A stretch of 64,000 nucleotides of DNA from a virus. The position numbers and the translations under genes were made by a program. Every line of letters begins with the position of its first letter. Positions within the stretch are counted from its first letter, which is position 1. The stretch lies in the IMG/VR virus record IMGVR_UViG_3300045988_072631; one strand, given 5' to 3'. Under the pieces are notes generated by a model. The model did no database searches, was not told the origin of the DNA, and saw nothing but the letters and a program-made list of their open reading frames with translations. Shown here piece by piece: positions 1 through 10,037 of this stretch.

Positions 1-123
1 TGTATAAAAATAAGCGATGTATCACTGACAGAAGCCAACGTTACTATCGTTCGTATTAAAGACGATGGTAGTTCTGGAAAACTAGATTTCGATCATGAAA
101 TTTATTGGATAGCACTTGGCTAA
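1..123 (+). CDS. 3' end of a CDS starting upstream of the window (partial)
   Basis: Frame 1 is open from base 1 to TAA 121-123 (...VTIVRIKDDGSSGKLDFDHEIYWIALG*). No start in the window. Confidence 0.3.
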   Translation, partial: CIKISDVSLTEANVTIVRIKDDGSSGKLDFDHEIYWIALG

Positions 124-127
124 AATT

Positions 128-361
128 TTATAAATACAAAACAGAAATCTCTACCCATTGCGTAGATGAAGCATTAATTCCAAGAGATTTTCCATTATTC
201 CAATTCATCCAAATATCAGCAGTTCCAGCTATTTTATAGTTTTTGGGAGTGCCACTTTTACTAGAAGCTGCACATGCAATATAGCAAAAATAATCATCGG
301 CATTACCACTGGATATGACATGACCTATAATTAGAGCATTTTGATCATTTTCAAATTTCAC
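128..361 (-). CDS. hypothetical protein (77 aa)
   Basis: ORF track; GTG start; convergent with the partial CDS; no clear RBS. Confidence 0.3.
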   Translation of the reverse strand: MKFENDQNALIIGHVISSGNADDYFCYIACAASSKSGTPKNYKIAGTADIWMNWNNGKSLGINASSTQWVEISVLYL

Positions 362-628
362 AGTAACCCATGCATCATGAAAATACTGTGAAAGAAATTT
401 TGGTTTTTTATCAAGATTCTCAGTTAGTTCATTTACTACTGGGAAGGTATTTAAGAAAGGAATTTAAAATGTTAAAAAATTTTATTGAATACGTAAAACA
501 AAATTGGCAGAACAGACCTGCCACGGCTACTCCTATTCGCTTCGCTATGACAATAGCGCTAATGAATACGGAGAAGGGGCATTTGAGATTAACTACTGCC
601 CTATATGCGGCAGAAAGTTGGTGGATTA

Positions 629-862
629 ATGAAAGTCAATGTTGGAGACAGCCTGTATGAAATGGGCGACGAGCAGTTTAAGGGAGTTTTGAAGATTGCG
701 AGCAAAGCAATTCCGTTTGGAATTTATGCGATCAGCAAAAAAGGCATTGCTATTCTTTTGAAAGAGACCTATTCCACCCATGAGGAGTTGAAAAAGGCTG
801 TTTCTGGTTATGCGATGAAAGGATTTAAGGTTTATTATAATGAGCATGGCAGAAGTAATTGA
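629..862 (+). CDS. hypothetical protein (77 aa)
   Basis: ATG 629 lies after GGTGGA and overlaps an upstream TAA (taATG). Internal start of track ORF 605-862. Confidence 0.5.
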   Translation: MKVNVGDSLYEMGDEQFKGVLKIASKAIPFGIYAISKKGIAILLKETYSTHEELKKAVSGYAMKGFKVYYNEHGRSN

Positions 863-1217
863 GAGCATAGAAAAAGATATGCGGCGAGATTTGGAGAGCC
901 GAGGCATACCGGAAAGCCAGCAGGAAATGATTGATTGTACGACTTTAGGAGAAGAGCCAAATTCAAAGCATATTTGCGGAAGAATATCTGGTGGCTATTC
1001 ATCAAAAGTGCCGTGCATAAGTAAAGATGATTCAATGCCGGAAGAACTCAGAAGAGGTGTCGAAGAGGCATTGAAAAAAAGGTATTGCTCAACATGCAGG
1101 CATTACTTAGAGCGTGACGGAGAATGTTGCAATGCGGTTTCTGACTACTGCGGTGGATTCAGAGGTTTAGATGATTCATGCGAACATTGGGAGGGATGGG
1201 AAAATGGCAAAGTATAG
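840..1217 (+). CDS. Cys-rich hypothetical protein (125 aa)
   Basis: ORF track. CSTCRH...ECC...C...C cluster in the C-terminal half. Confidence 0.5.
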   Translation: MSMAEVIESIEKDMRRDLESRGIPESQQEMIDCTTLGEEPNSKHICGRISGGYSSKVPCISKDDSMPEELRRGVEEALKKRYCSTCRHYLERDGECCNAVSDYCGGFRGLDDSCEHWEGWENGKV

Positions 1218-1500
1218 AAAGAAACCGGTAGTTGTAGAAGCGTTTCAGTATGACGGCGATCTGATTTACTCAAATGGTGAATGGTATTGCCCAGACTGGG
1301 CTAGAGATGCATTCCAGAATGGAACCATGTATTTTGATTCTCTGGACTGTGAGGAACCGCCGGTAGAGCTGTTCATTGACACGCTGGAAGGTAAACACCA
1401 TGTTTCTGTTGGTGATTTTATCATCCGTGGCGTTCATGGTGAACTGTATCCGTGCAAACCGGATATTTTCGCAAAGACATATGAGCTTGTGGAGGAATGA
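1204..1500 (+). CDS. hypothetical phage protein (98 aa)
   Basis: ATG after GGGAGGG. MAKYRKKPVVVEAFQYDG... N-terminus typical of small conserved phage ORFs. Confidence 0.6.
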   Translation: MAKYRKKPVVVEAFQYDGDLIYSNGEWYCPDWARDAFQNGTMYFDSLDCEEPPVELFIDTLEGKHHVSVGDFIIRGVHGELYPCKPDIFAKTYELVEE

Positions 1501-1540
1501 TTTGCTTACTAAATTTAACCGATTTGCTATTTTCCCAAGA

Positions 1541-1681
1541 ATGTGTAGTTCATGTCATAGATATATATTTCTGGAAAAATATCGTAGAGCAGATGTTTTT
1601 CATCATTTTGAAGATGTTCCTAATGGGCATCCGTTTTGGAAAGAAAACATTTGCCAGGAATGCATAAAAAAGTATAGTTGA
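1541..1681 (+). CDS. small zinc-ribbon-like protein (46 aa)
   Basis: MCSSCH...CQEC pairs. Internal ATG of track ORF 1376-1681. Confidence 0.3.
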   Translation: MCSSCHRYIFLEKYRRADVFHHFEDVPNGHPFWKENICQECIKKYS

Positions 1682-1753
1682 AACAATTACCGACTGAATA
1701 TTGGTTCAGCCGCTAACCTAAAAAAATTATAGGCAGAGGTCTTACAAGCACCT

Positions 1754-4570
1754 TTGCTTTTTGAAAGTGGAGGTGCTTTTCTATTGGCATCTGAAAATCT
1801 GAAACAAACAATCCAAGGATACGAAAATTATATACAGTCGCATGGAATAGACGAAACAGTCATTGAGGCATACGTAGAAGCCTGTTCCGTGGCTATAAAT
1901 AATGAAAAGGATACAGAATATGGCTTGCAACTTACAAGGCGGTCTAAAGAGCTTATAGAACGTTACTGCATGAAGCAGACCGGTGGGACGATCTGGGATC
2001 TGGAAAAATATGCGTTTGCAAATAAAACAAGCTATGATCTGATTGACAAATTCCATTCAGTATTGCTTTTGGAAGCACAAAACAAGGTGGTTGACAGCTT
2101 TTTCCGGTATATTGAGCATAAGCGAGAACCTAAAGAACGGTTCTACATGCCACGAAGGAAACAATTTTTGAAAATTGGTCTGGTGGATGCTCTACAGGGA
2201 ATGATTGATGACAAGTACGACATTTTGTGCATTAGCCTTATTCCCGGTGCCGGGAAAGCTGGAAAGATGTCGTCTAAAGTCCTAACACCAAGTGGATTCA
2301 TTGAAATGCGTGATGTAAAGGTTGGAACAAAAGTTGTGGCCGGAGACGGAGAAAAAGCGTCTGTTATTGGAGTATATCCACAAGGGAAACGCCGAATATA
2401 CAGAATTACAATGAATGACGGAGGCTTTACAGAAGTTTCAGATAATCACTTATGGGAAGTACAAAATCGGTGTGATAGACAATTTGAAACAAGGACGGGA
2501 AATCATAGAACAAGAATAATAAAAACGGAAGATATGCTTAAAGATTTTATTATTGAAAAAGACGGAAGGAAAAACTATTCTATAGACTATGTTCCCGAAA
2601 TTAAATCCTTTGAAGAAAAAAAGTTTTATATACACCCGTATCTTCTTGGATGCTTATTGGGAGATGGTGGATTAAGTACAAAAACAATTTGCTTTACAAA
2701 AAAAGATAAAGAAATAGTTGAAAAAATCAATTCACTCATTGGCGGATATGAGTTTGTCCTAAAACATGGAAGTGATAAAGATTATTATTTGCGCTCTAAA
2801 TATGCTGCAAAAAAGCCCAACCTATTAAAAGAGGAACTAAATAGATTAGGCCTTCTTGGTACAAAATCTGCTACAAAATTTATACCAGAAGAATATCTAT
2901 ATTCAAGTCATGAACAAAGATTGTGGCTATTACGTGGATTGTTAGATACAGACGGATACGCAGAATACAAGGGAATAGAATATTCAACAGCTTCTCAAAA
3001 ACTTGCGGAAAATGTAACAGAATTAGTACGTTCTTTGGGAGGATATGCGAGCTTAACAAAACGGAAATCTGGGTACAGAGACAAGGACGGCAATAGTGTT
3101 TCGTGCCTTGATAACTATAGGATTACAATTTTGTTTAGTGCAAATCATGATAATCCATTTTGGTTAGAGAGAAAAGCTAAAATATATAATCCAAAACGCA
3201 AGGTTTGGAAACGTTATATAAAAAATATTGAGTATGTAGGAGAAGAAGAGTGCCAGTGTATTATGATTGATAATCCTTGCCATTTGTACATTACAGATGA
3301 TTACATTATTACTCACAATACTACCATTGAAAAATTCTTTAATGCTGCGGTAATTGGCTGGTATCCGAAAGACTTCAATCTGTTTTATTCCCATAGTGGC
3401 GATATTACCAGAATGTACTATGACGGTATATATGATATAGTTACTAATTCAGATGAATATGCGTGGAATGAGATTTTCCCTGATTTGTATGTGACAAGCA
3501 CAAATGCAAAGACAGAACAGTTCAACGTAGGAAAATATAAGCCGTTTCCATCTGTACAGTGCACATCTGTAGGAAGCAAAAATGCGGGTAAAGTCCGTGC
3601 TTCTAAGTTTCTGCTGGTTGATGATATGATTGGCGGTATCGAGGAAGCATTGAATCCGGCTATACTTGAAAAGTTGTGGAGTAAGTATTCCGTAGATGCA
3701 CGCCAAAGAAAAATCAAAGATACTGATGGTAAGAATTGTAAGGAAATACACATTGCAACCAGATGGAGTGTCCAGGATGTCATAGGGCGTATCCAAAAAA
3801 TGTATGAAGGTAATCCGAGGGTAAAGGTAATTGCTGTTCCTGATGTTGATCCGGTAACTGGACAGAGCAATTTTGATTATGAATTTTCCGGGTTCGATGT
3901 GGAGTTCTTTGAAGATCAGCAACTTTTGATGGATGAAATATCCTACAAGTGTCTGTACAAACAGGAACCGATCGAGCGTGAAGGACTGCTATTCCCGGAT
4001 GATAAGATCAGGAGATATTTGAATCTTCCGCATGGCACACCAGAGCTTATCACAGCACAGTGCGATACAAAGGGTAAGGGAACGGACTATTTTGTTCTTC
4101 CAGTCCTGCAAAAGTACGGTGATGATTATTACTGCGTGGATGCCGTGTGCGATAATACTGCCGATTATGAGATGCAGTATGAGAATGCTGCTAACATTTT
4201 GGTAAATAACGAGGTGCAGGAATGCGAGTTTGAGCGGAATGCTGGCGGTGATCGGGTGGCAATGGAAGTCAATAAACGTGTTGAGTCTAAAGGCTGGATT
4301 TGCAACATCACCGATACACCTACAGAGACAAACAAGGAAGCAAGAATCTTCCAGTGCTCTAGCTGGATTTTACAGCATGTGATTTTCAAAGACCCATCAA
4401 AGTACAAGCCGAATGAACCGTATGGAATAATGATGTCGTTGCTGAAACAGTATTCGGTATCCGGCAAAAAGCAACTTGATGATGTGCCAGATGTGTTTTC
4501 TAACTTTGCATTAAGGATAAACAAAGGAGTTGCAAAACGGCACACAACAATTATGTCAAGCCCGATTTAA
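1754..4570 (+). CDS. terL: terminase large subunit, interrupted by an intein
   Basis: 938-aa ORF. The exteins give Walker A PGAGK/T, Walker B FLLVDDMIG, ATRWS and a nuclease-like C-terminal half. TTG start at 1754 or 1784 (GGAGG at 1769-1773). The portal gene follows. Confidence 0.9.
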   Translation: MLFESGGAFLLASENLKQTIQGYENYIQSHGIDETVIEAYVEACSVAINNEKDTEYGLQLTRRSKELIERYCMKQTGGTIWDLEKYAFANKTSYDLIDKFHSVLLLEAQNKVVDSFFRYIEHKREPKERFYMPRRKQFLKIGLVDALQGMIDDKYDILCISLIPGAGKAGKMSSKVLTPSGFIEMRDVKVGTKVVAGDGEKASVIGVYPQGKRRIYRITMNDGGFTEVSDNHLWEVQNRCDRQFETRTGNHRTRIIKTEDMLKDFIIEKDGRKNYSIDYVPEIKSFEEKKFYIHPYLLGCLLGDGGLSTKTICFTKKDKEIVEKINSLIGGYEFVLKHGSDKDYYLRSKYAAKKPNLLKEELNRLGLLGTKSATKFIPEEYLYSSHEQRLWLLRGLLDTDGYAEYKGIEYSTASQKLAENVTELVRSLGGYASLTKRKSGYRDKDGNSVSCLDNYRITILFSANHDNPFWLERKAKIYNPKRKVWKRYIKNIEYVGEEECQCIMIDNPCHLYITDDYIITHNTTIEKFFNAAVIGWYPKDFNLFYSHSGDITRMYYDGIYDIVTNSDEYAWNEIFPDLYVTSTNAKTEQFNVGKYKPFPSVQCTSVGSKNAGKVRASKFLLVDDMIGGIEEALNPAILEKLWSKYSVDARQRKIKDTDGKNCKEIHIATRWSVQDVIGRIQKMYEGNPRVKVIAVPDVDPVTGQSNFDYEFSGFDVEFFEDQQLLMDEISYKCLYKQEPIEREGLLFPDDKIRRYLNLPHGTPELITAQCDTKGKGTDYFVLPVLQKYGDDYYCVDAVCDNTADYEMQYENAANILVNNEVQECEFERNAGGDRVAMEVNKRVESKGWICNITDTPTETNKEARIFQCSSWILQHVIFKDPSKYKPNEPYGIMMSLLKQYSVSGKKQLDDVPDVFSNFALRINKGVAKRHTTIMSSPI
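2258..3319 (+). mobile_element. intein with LAGLIDADG homing-endonuclease domain inserted in the terL P-loop (candidate class 3)
   Basis: Block A KVLTPSGFIEMRDV, block B SDNHLW, two LAGLIDADG motifs (LLGCLLGDGG, LLRGLLDTDGY), C-terminal IITHN followed by T. The N boundary is ambiguous (2258 or 2267) within the GAGKAGK duplication. Confidence 0.8.
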
Positions 4571-4586
4571 GCATGGAGGAAAGTTA

Positions 4587-5003
4587 ATGGAAACAAAGAA
4601 ATACCTTGGTCAGATCAAAAGATATGACTGTATGATCGCAAATAAAATCGAGGAAATCAAGAATCTCCGGGCAACCATATACGGGATGCCGTCATTCTCC
4701 GGTGGGGAACGTGTGCAGACTTCCGGCACAAAAGATATTGTTGGCAGCGGAGCGCCTAAAATAGCGGATATGGAGTCAGAAGTTAGGACTCTTTCTCGGA
4801 AAAGAGAGGAGATTGTCCGGCAGATTGAGAAGATCCCGGATGCGGATATGTACGATGTGCTTGCAAAGCGTTTTGTGCTGGACAAAGATTTTAAGGTAAT
4901 TAGCGTCGAAATCAAGAAATCAAAGCGTCAAACGTTTTTCATTTACGATAATGCCATTGATACGTTTGAGAAAATGTTTGGGTACCTGTACATGGGGGAT
5001 TAA
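4587..5003 (+). CDS. ArpU/DUF1492-like putative late transcriptional regulator (sigma region-4-like)
   Basis: ATG after GGAGGA. N-terminal coiled coil, MPSFSGGERVQTSG segment, C-terminal HTH-like region. The family call is from memory. Confidence 0.45.
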   Translation: METKKYLGQIKRYDCMIANKIEEIKNLRATIYGMPSFSGGERVQTSGTKDIVGSGAPKIADMESEVRTLSRKREEIVRQIEKIPDADMYDVLAKRFVLDKDFKVISVEIKKSKRQTFFIYDNAIDTFEKMFGYLYMGD

Positions 5004-5112
5004 CTGCACCAAAACGCATAAAATAGCATAAAAATGTGTATTTTCTTTAAAAAATAAGTGGTATACAATATGATTGTAAAGTTTTAAGAAACTTTTCTCC
5101 CGTCGGTAAGAG

Positions 5113-5148
5113 AGAGCATTGCTGGAAACGGCAGTGCTCTTTTCTTTT
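5113..5148 (+). terminator. intrinsic terminator
   Basis: 12-bp stem AGAGCATTGCTG/CGGCAGTGCTCT (2 G-U pairs), GAAA loop, T-rich tail. Confidence 0.6.
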
Positions 5149-5166
5149 GCAGAAATGAGGAAAAAT

Positions 5167-5364
5167 ATGGAATACAAACCTAAAACAATATATTGTCCTA
5201 GGTGCGGCAGGAAAGTTGCTACATGGGACGGACGTTCTTCTATGCCGGTGATCGGAAGGTGTAAGAAGTGTAATAAACGTGTTGTCTATTACGTTGACAA
5301 CGATGAAACAGAAATCAAGGACATACCGGAAAGAAATTGTTCTTCCGGAGTCACGTATTTGTAG
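5167..5364 (+). CDS. zinc-ribbon protein (65 aa)
   Basis: CPRCG...CKKCN. ATG after GAGGAAAAAT. Confidence 0.55.
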   Translation: MEYKPKTIYCPRCGRKVATWDGRSSMPVIGRCKKCNKRVVYYVDNDETEIKDIPERNCSSGVTYL

Positions 5365-5373
5365 AGGTGCAAG

Positions 5374-6918
5374 ATGGCGAATCCGGGAAGAAAAATAATA
5401 TGGACTGATGAACCAGAAATTACATATGAAAATGTTATTGATGTTCTCCGGGATGCAATTCTTGTTCACACAGCGAACGCACAAAGAATCCAGTTTCTTT
5501 TAGATTATGATGGTGGAGATCAGCCGATCATACGAAAAAACCCAAAAACATACAGACCGGACATAGACTGCAGGTGCAATGATAATGTTGCACATCAGGT
5601 TTCCAACTTTTGGACTGGATTTGGTTGGGGAAATGCTATAACGCTTGTCCAGAACGGAGACGGGAAAGACCAATACGTATCGGATGGAATTTCTGAGCTT
5701 AACAAGCAATATGATCTGGTGAAAATCCGTGCGAAAACGCAGGAGCTTGGACGCTTTGTCGAAATTGGTGCATTGTGTTATGTATATGTTGATACAAACA
5801 TGAATTGGAGGGAAGGGAAAAGCTATTTTACGCTTGACATCCTAGACCCAAGAACATCTTTTGTAATCAGATCAAATTACTATCCTGACAAACGTGTAAT
5901 GCTTGGTGTTACTTATCGTTGTGATAAAAGAGGAATTAAGCATTATACATGCTTCACACCGGATGCCCGTTATGAAATCTCAGAATGGAAACATGCAGAA
6001 CGAAGCGGAGAGCTAAATCCGCTTGGCATGATACCAATTGTTGAATACATCAGATCGTATGATCGTATGGGTGTGTGGGAGCATCAGATTTCGGAGATGG
6101 ACAATCTTAATTTGCTCATTTCGGATTTTTCAAATGATGTTGAGCAAAACACGCAGGCTGTATGGCACGCAAACGATGTTGATTTTCCCGTTAAGCATGA
6201 AGTCATTGAAGAAAAAGACGGAACAAAGAAGTCCGTAGAGGAAGTTGTAAAACCTAAGTCCGGAGAATGGCTTAGTACATTCACTTCACCGGACGGAAAG
6301 ACTCCGTTTGTTAAAGCTCTGTCTATTGATTATGACTACGACGGAATGCTGAATGCGATACAATATCGCAGGAATAAAATTCTGGAAAAATGCAACGTTC
6401 CTCTCACAAGTGATAATGCATCAAACATCACAGGAGTGGCAGCGAGCAATGCTTCTGGATGGGATCATGCGGAAGCGGCAGCATCAAAACAGCAGATGAT
6501 CACAGAAAGCTGCAAACTGGAAGAGGTAGAAGTTGTTCTTGCGGCAATAGTAAACAATCCAAATCTTCCGGCTGACAGCCCGTTAAAGAAAATCACTCCG
6601 GCAGACATTGAAGTTAATGTGAAACGTCAAAAACTGTATGAGCTGTCAACGAAAGTAAACAGTGCTGTAACACTTATAAAAGCTGGATTTGACGGAGGAA
6701 AGATATTAAATACCATTCCGATTTTTGACGACCCAAATGAAGTGTGGGATGCCAGCAAAGAAATGGTGAGAAAAATCCAAAACAGCGGAATTTCTCAAGC
6801 CGCAAACACCGGGGACGATATAGAGCCGGAAAAACCAAATTCTGACAGGATAATGCAGGATTTATCAGATCAAGTTACAAACAGTCCGCTGATTGATAAA
6901 AGCAGAGCCGAGAAATAA
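5374..6918 (+). CDS. portal protein (SPP1 gp6-like)
   Basis: 514 aa. Lies immediately after terL and before the head-morphogenesis gene. Size and position are typical. Confidence 0.8.
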   Translation: MANPGRKIIWTDEPEITYENVIDVLRDAILVHTANAQRIQFLLDYDGGDQPIIRKNPKTYRPDIDCRCNDNVAHQVSNFWTGFGWGNAITLVQNGDGKDQYVSDGISELNKQYDLVKIRAKTQELGRFVEIGALCYVYVDTNMNWREGKSYFTLDILDPRTSFVIRSNYYPDKRVMLGVTYRCDKRGIKHYTCFTPDARYEISEWKHAERSGELNPLGMIPIVEYIRSYDRMGVWEHQISEMDNLNLLISDFSNDVEQNTQAVWHANDVDFPVKHEVIEEKDGTKKSVEEVVKPKSGEWLSTFTSPDGKTPFVKALSIDYDYDGMLNAIQYRRNKILEKCNVPLTSDNASNITGVAASNASGWDHAEAAASKQQMITESCKLEEVEVVLAAIVNNPNLPADSPLKKITPADIEVNVKRQKLYELSTKVNSAVTLIKAGFDGGKILNTIPIFDDPNEVWDASKEMVRKIQNSGISQAANTGDDIEPEKPNSDRIMQDLSDQVTNSPLIDKSRAEK

Positions 6919-7541
6919 TGGAACATGAATTTGACGAACTGAATAATCCAAAGAGCAGAGCAATTCCATATGAGCAATATTTTGGGGAGATGGAACTGAC
7001 GGAAGAACAGAAAGAAGAGCGGATAAAAGCGTCTAAACGTATTGAAGATATGATGCTTTTTCTTTTTTCTTTACTTTCAGTCATGAAAGAATATTCCTAT
7101 GAAAATTTAGAATTTGTTGTTTCGCAAGTAAAAAATCAGTATTCCGATATTTTATCTGTAAGCATGGAAATGGATGAATACTTAAATGGATACGTGAATG
7201 ATTTTTCTGTGCAGATTGTAGAAACAACACAAAATCATATGGATGATGAATGGTATCTTTCTGATGACCGGGCAATGTTTGTTGCGGAGAATGAAGCAAA
7301 TACGACATTTAATTATCTGGAATATAAAAAAGCTGTTGAGTCCGGGAAGACAAAAAAGAGGTGGATCACCATGCGTGACCGCCATGTGAGGCATACACAC
7401 CAGCTTGCCGACGGAAAATCCATTGGAATCAATTATGTTTTTCTTGTTGGTGACAGTGAGATGTTTTATCCAAAAGATACAACATTCGGTGCAAGCGCAC
7501 GTGAAATCGTGAATTGCAGATGCTCAATTAAATATTTTTGA
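6918..7541 (+). CDS. head morphogenesis protein (SPP1 gp7 / Mu F-like)
   Basis: ITMRDRHVRHTHQLADG ... NCRCS motif pattern of the gp7/F family. ATG overlaps the portal stop. Confidence 0.75.
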   Translation: MEHEFDELNNPKSRAIPYEQYFGEMELTEEQKEERIKASKRIEDMMLFLFSLLSVMKEYSYENLEFVVSQVKNQYSDILSVSMEMDEYLNGYVNDFSVQIVETTQNHMDDEWYLSDDRAMFVAENEANTTFNYLEYKKAVESGKTKKRWITMRDRHVRHTHQLADGKSIGINYVFLVGDSEMFYPKDTTFGASAREIVNCRCSIKYF

Positions 7542-7545
7542 CACG

Positions 7546-7575
7546 AAACCGCTGATTCTTATTGGCGGTTTTTTA
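7546..7575 (+). terminator. intrinsic terminator
   Basis: AAACCGC...GCGGTTT stem followed by a T run. A second GCCCC/GGGGC hairpin follows. Confidence 0.55.
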
Positions 7576-7655
7576 TATGCCCCAGAGAAGGGGCAGAAAA
7601 AATATCGCAAGAAGTTAGAGAAAACTTAAATCGCAGAAAGAAAGAGGTATGAATC

Positions 7656-8243
7656 ATGGCAGACACTAACACTACCACTACAACAACTAAGGCAGCTGAA
7701 ACGCAGGTAAACACAGGGCAAGAGCCAACCACTACTCAGGAGAATGAAACAAAGACTCCAACTGTAGAAGAACTTATGGCGCAGCTGGCCAGCGAGAGGG
7801 CAGAGAAAGAGAAATATAAAAATGCTTCTGACAAAGCAAGTTCCGAAGCTGCTCAGTACAAAAAACAGTTACGTTCCAAGCAGACGGCAGAGGAACAGGA
7901 AGCAGAAGCAAAAGCAGAAGCTGAACGCTTGCAGAACGAAAGGTATGAGAACGCAATTAAAGAGCTGAATCATATGAAAGCTGTATCTGCTTACAAGAAT
8001 GTTTCTGAAAAATCTATCGAAACCCTGATTGAAGCTGTTGCAGAGGGAGATCACAGTGCAATTGCCACAATTATTGACAACGAAGTAAAAGCGGCGGTCA
8101 CTGCTGCAAAAGCGGAATGGATGAAAACAAGACCGGCTGTAAATGCAGGAAAATATTCATCCATGACACGTGAGCAGATCATGGCAATTTCAGACAGAGA
8201 TGAAAGATTAAAGGCTATCGCTTTGAACCCAACTTTATTTTAG
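7656..8243 (+). CDS. scaffolding protein
   Basis: 195 aa, T/E/A/K-rich and predicted coiled coil. Lies directly upstream of the capsid gene. Confidence 0.7.
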   Translation: MADTNTTTTTTKAAETQVNTGQEPTTTQENETKTPTVEELMAQLASERAEKEKYKNASDKASSEAAQYKKQLRSKQTAEEQEAEAKAEAERLQNERYENAIKELNHMKAVSAYKNVSEKSIETLIEAVAEGDHSAIATIIDNEVKAAVTAAKAEWMKTRPAVNAGKYSSMTREQIMAISDRDERLKAIALNPTLF

Positions 8244-8255
8244 GAGGAATATTAA

Positions 8256-9356
8256 ATGGCAGCTGAAACAAATTTAATCAAAAGTGCAGACCTCGTAAAA
8301 GCCAGAGAGGTCGAGTTCACCTTTATGTTTGGTGAGAGTATTAAGAAGTTAATGGAGGCTCTGGGAGTAACCAGAATGATCCAGAAACAGGCTGGTATGG
8401 TGCTGAAAGCATACAAGGCCAGAGGAACACTGGAAGATGGAAATGTCGGTGAGGGTGAAACCATTCCGCTTTCCAAATACGAGACTTACCCGATTGTATT
8501 CGATGAGATCACTCTGAAAAAGTGGAGAAAAGCCACTTCCGCAGAGGCAATCATCGAAAAGGGATACAATCAGGCAGTTATCGAGACTACAGACGAGATG
8601 CTGAAAGACATCCAGAAGGGCATCAGAAGAGACTTCTTCACATTCCTTGAAAAAGGAACCGGAAGAGCAAACGGAACTGGCTTTCAGTCCACTCTTGCAA
8701 AGGCATGGGGACAGCTTGAGGTTCTGTTTGAGGATGATGAGATCGAAGCAGTGTATTTCATGAATCCGCTGGATGTTGCTGATTATCTGGCAACCGCAAA
8801 TATCACCCTGCAGAGCGCATTCGGCATGACTTATGTAGAGAACTTCCTTGGTCTTGGAACTGTGATTTTCAATAAATCTGTACCGACCGGAAAGATTTAT
8901 GCAACTGCAAAGAAAAATATCGTGATGTATTACATCCCAGTAAACGGTGCTGATCTGAATGAAGCATTTACGTTTACTTCCGATCAGACTGGTCTTATTG
9001 GAATCCATGAAAGCCCGGATTACAACAATATGACCGCTTCCGATACTGTTGTGTCTGGAATCGTACTGTTTGCCGAGAGAATTGACGGTATTGTTGTTGG
9101 CTCCATTGGAGGTTCTGGAAGCACCACGCTTTCCCTCAACAAAGAAACGGCAACTGTTCCGATCAATGGAAAAATTACTCTTAAAGCAACTGTAGCACCG
9201 GTTGGAACGGCAGTAACATGGGAGAGTGACCAGCCAACTTATGCAACCGTTGAAAATGGTGTAGTAACTGGTAAGGCAGCAGGAACAGCAAACATCACGG
9301 CAAAAGCAGGTGGTCAGACCGCAACTTGCGCAGTAACCGTGAGCGCAGGAGCGTGA
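8256..9356 (+). CDS. major capsid protein with C-terminal Big_2 (Ig-like) domain
   Basis: 366 aa after the scaffold gene. C-terminus ITLKATVAPVGTAVTWESDQPTYATVENGVVTGKAAGTANITA matches the Big_2 pattern. Confidence 0.8.
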   Translation: MAAETNLIKSADLVKAREVEFTFMFGESIKKLMEALGVTRMIQKQAGMVLKAYKARGTLEDGNVGEGETIPLSKYETYPIVFDEITLKKWRKATSAEAIIEKGYNQAVIETTDEMLKDIQKGIRRDFFTFLEKGTGRANGTGFQSTLAKAWGQLEVLFEDDEIEAVYFMNPLDVADYLATANITLQSAFGMTYVENFLGLGTVIFNKSVPTGKIYATAKKNIVMYYIPVNGADLNEAFTFTSDQTGLIGIHESPDYNNMTASDTVVSGIVLFAERIDGIVVGSIGGSGSTTLSLNKETATVPINGKITLKATVAPVGTAVTWESDQPTYATVENGVVTGKAAGTANITAKAGGQTATCAVTVSAGA

Positions 9357-9360
9357 TCGA

Positions 9361-9672
9361 ATGTATAAGGTAATCAGATTTTTCACTGATTTGCAAGACA
9401 ATGATTATCCGTATAACGAGGGAGACATCTTCCCTCGTGACGGATTATCCGTATCTAAAGAGAGATTGGTTGAGCTTTCCAGTACCAATAATAAGCAGAG
9501 AGAACGTCTTATCGAGCTTGTCGTGGATGAAGGAAAGCTTACCAAAACAGATATTAACCGGATGCCGGTATCCGATCTTCGGAAGATGGCATCTGACAGT
9601 GGAGTGGAGAATGCGGAAGCAATGACCGGCTCTGAATTAAAGACGTATCTCATTCACTTCATGGGTCTGTAG
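9361..9672 (+). CDS. hypothetical head-associated protein (103 aa)
   Basis: ORF track; position between the capsid and connector genes. Confidence 0.5.
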   Translation: MYKVIRFFTDLQDNDYPYNEGDIFPRDGLSVSKERLVELSSTNNKQRERLIELVVDEGKLTKTDINRMPVSDLRKMASDSGVENAEAMTGSELKTYLIHFMGL

Positions 9673-9683
9673 GGAGGTTCTAT

Positions 9684-10037
9684 ATGGCATACACGATGGT
9701 TGAGCAGGTAAAAATCCGGTTGAAACAATTTCATATTGATGACAAGGAATCCGTTGTGTTTGACCATAAAGAAGACAATCCTTTAATTGAGCAATTGATT
9801 GAGCAGGCACAGCAGGAATTAATAAGCAGACGGATGTATCCGAGCAGTTATACTCAGGAACAGATTGCCAGTGATATGAAGAATTACGAGGGAGTCATAG
9901 TTAATCTGGCTGTGTATGATCGCTCACAGGCAGGTGAGGCTTACATGGAATCTTATTCAGAGAATGGAGTAAGCAGGAGCTGGAAAGACCGTGACAGTCT
10001 CTTTTCCGGGGTATATCCGATTGCCAAACTGCTATAA
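9684..10037 (+). CDS. head-tail connector (gp6-like)
   Basis: 117 aa; position and size are consistent. The family call is tentative. Confidence 0.55.
   Translation: MAYTMVEQVKIRLKQFHIDDKESVVFDHKEDNPLIEQLIEQAQQELISRRMYPSSYTQEQIASDMKNYEGVIVNLAVYDRSQAGEAYMESYSENGVSRSWKDRDSLFSGVYPIAKLL

Noticed and set aside
370-660. 96-aa + strand ORF, and an alternative 41-codon Zn-ribbon-like frame (504-629) ending in taATG
   Set aside because: The long ORF has implausible composition and no RBS. The alternative frame looks protein-like (CHGYS...CPICGRK) but has only a TTG without an RBS, so it may be a gene remnant.
8349-9401. 350-aa ORF on the minus strand
   Set aside because: It is fully antisense to the capsid gene. 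It is Cys/Ser-rich with a non-protein-like composition and has no RBS. It is a shadow ORF of a highly expressed + strand gene.
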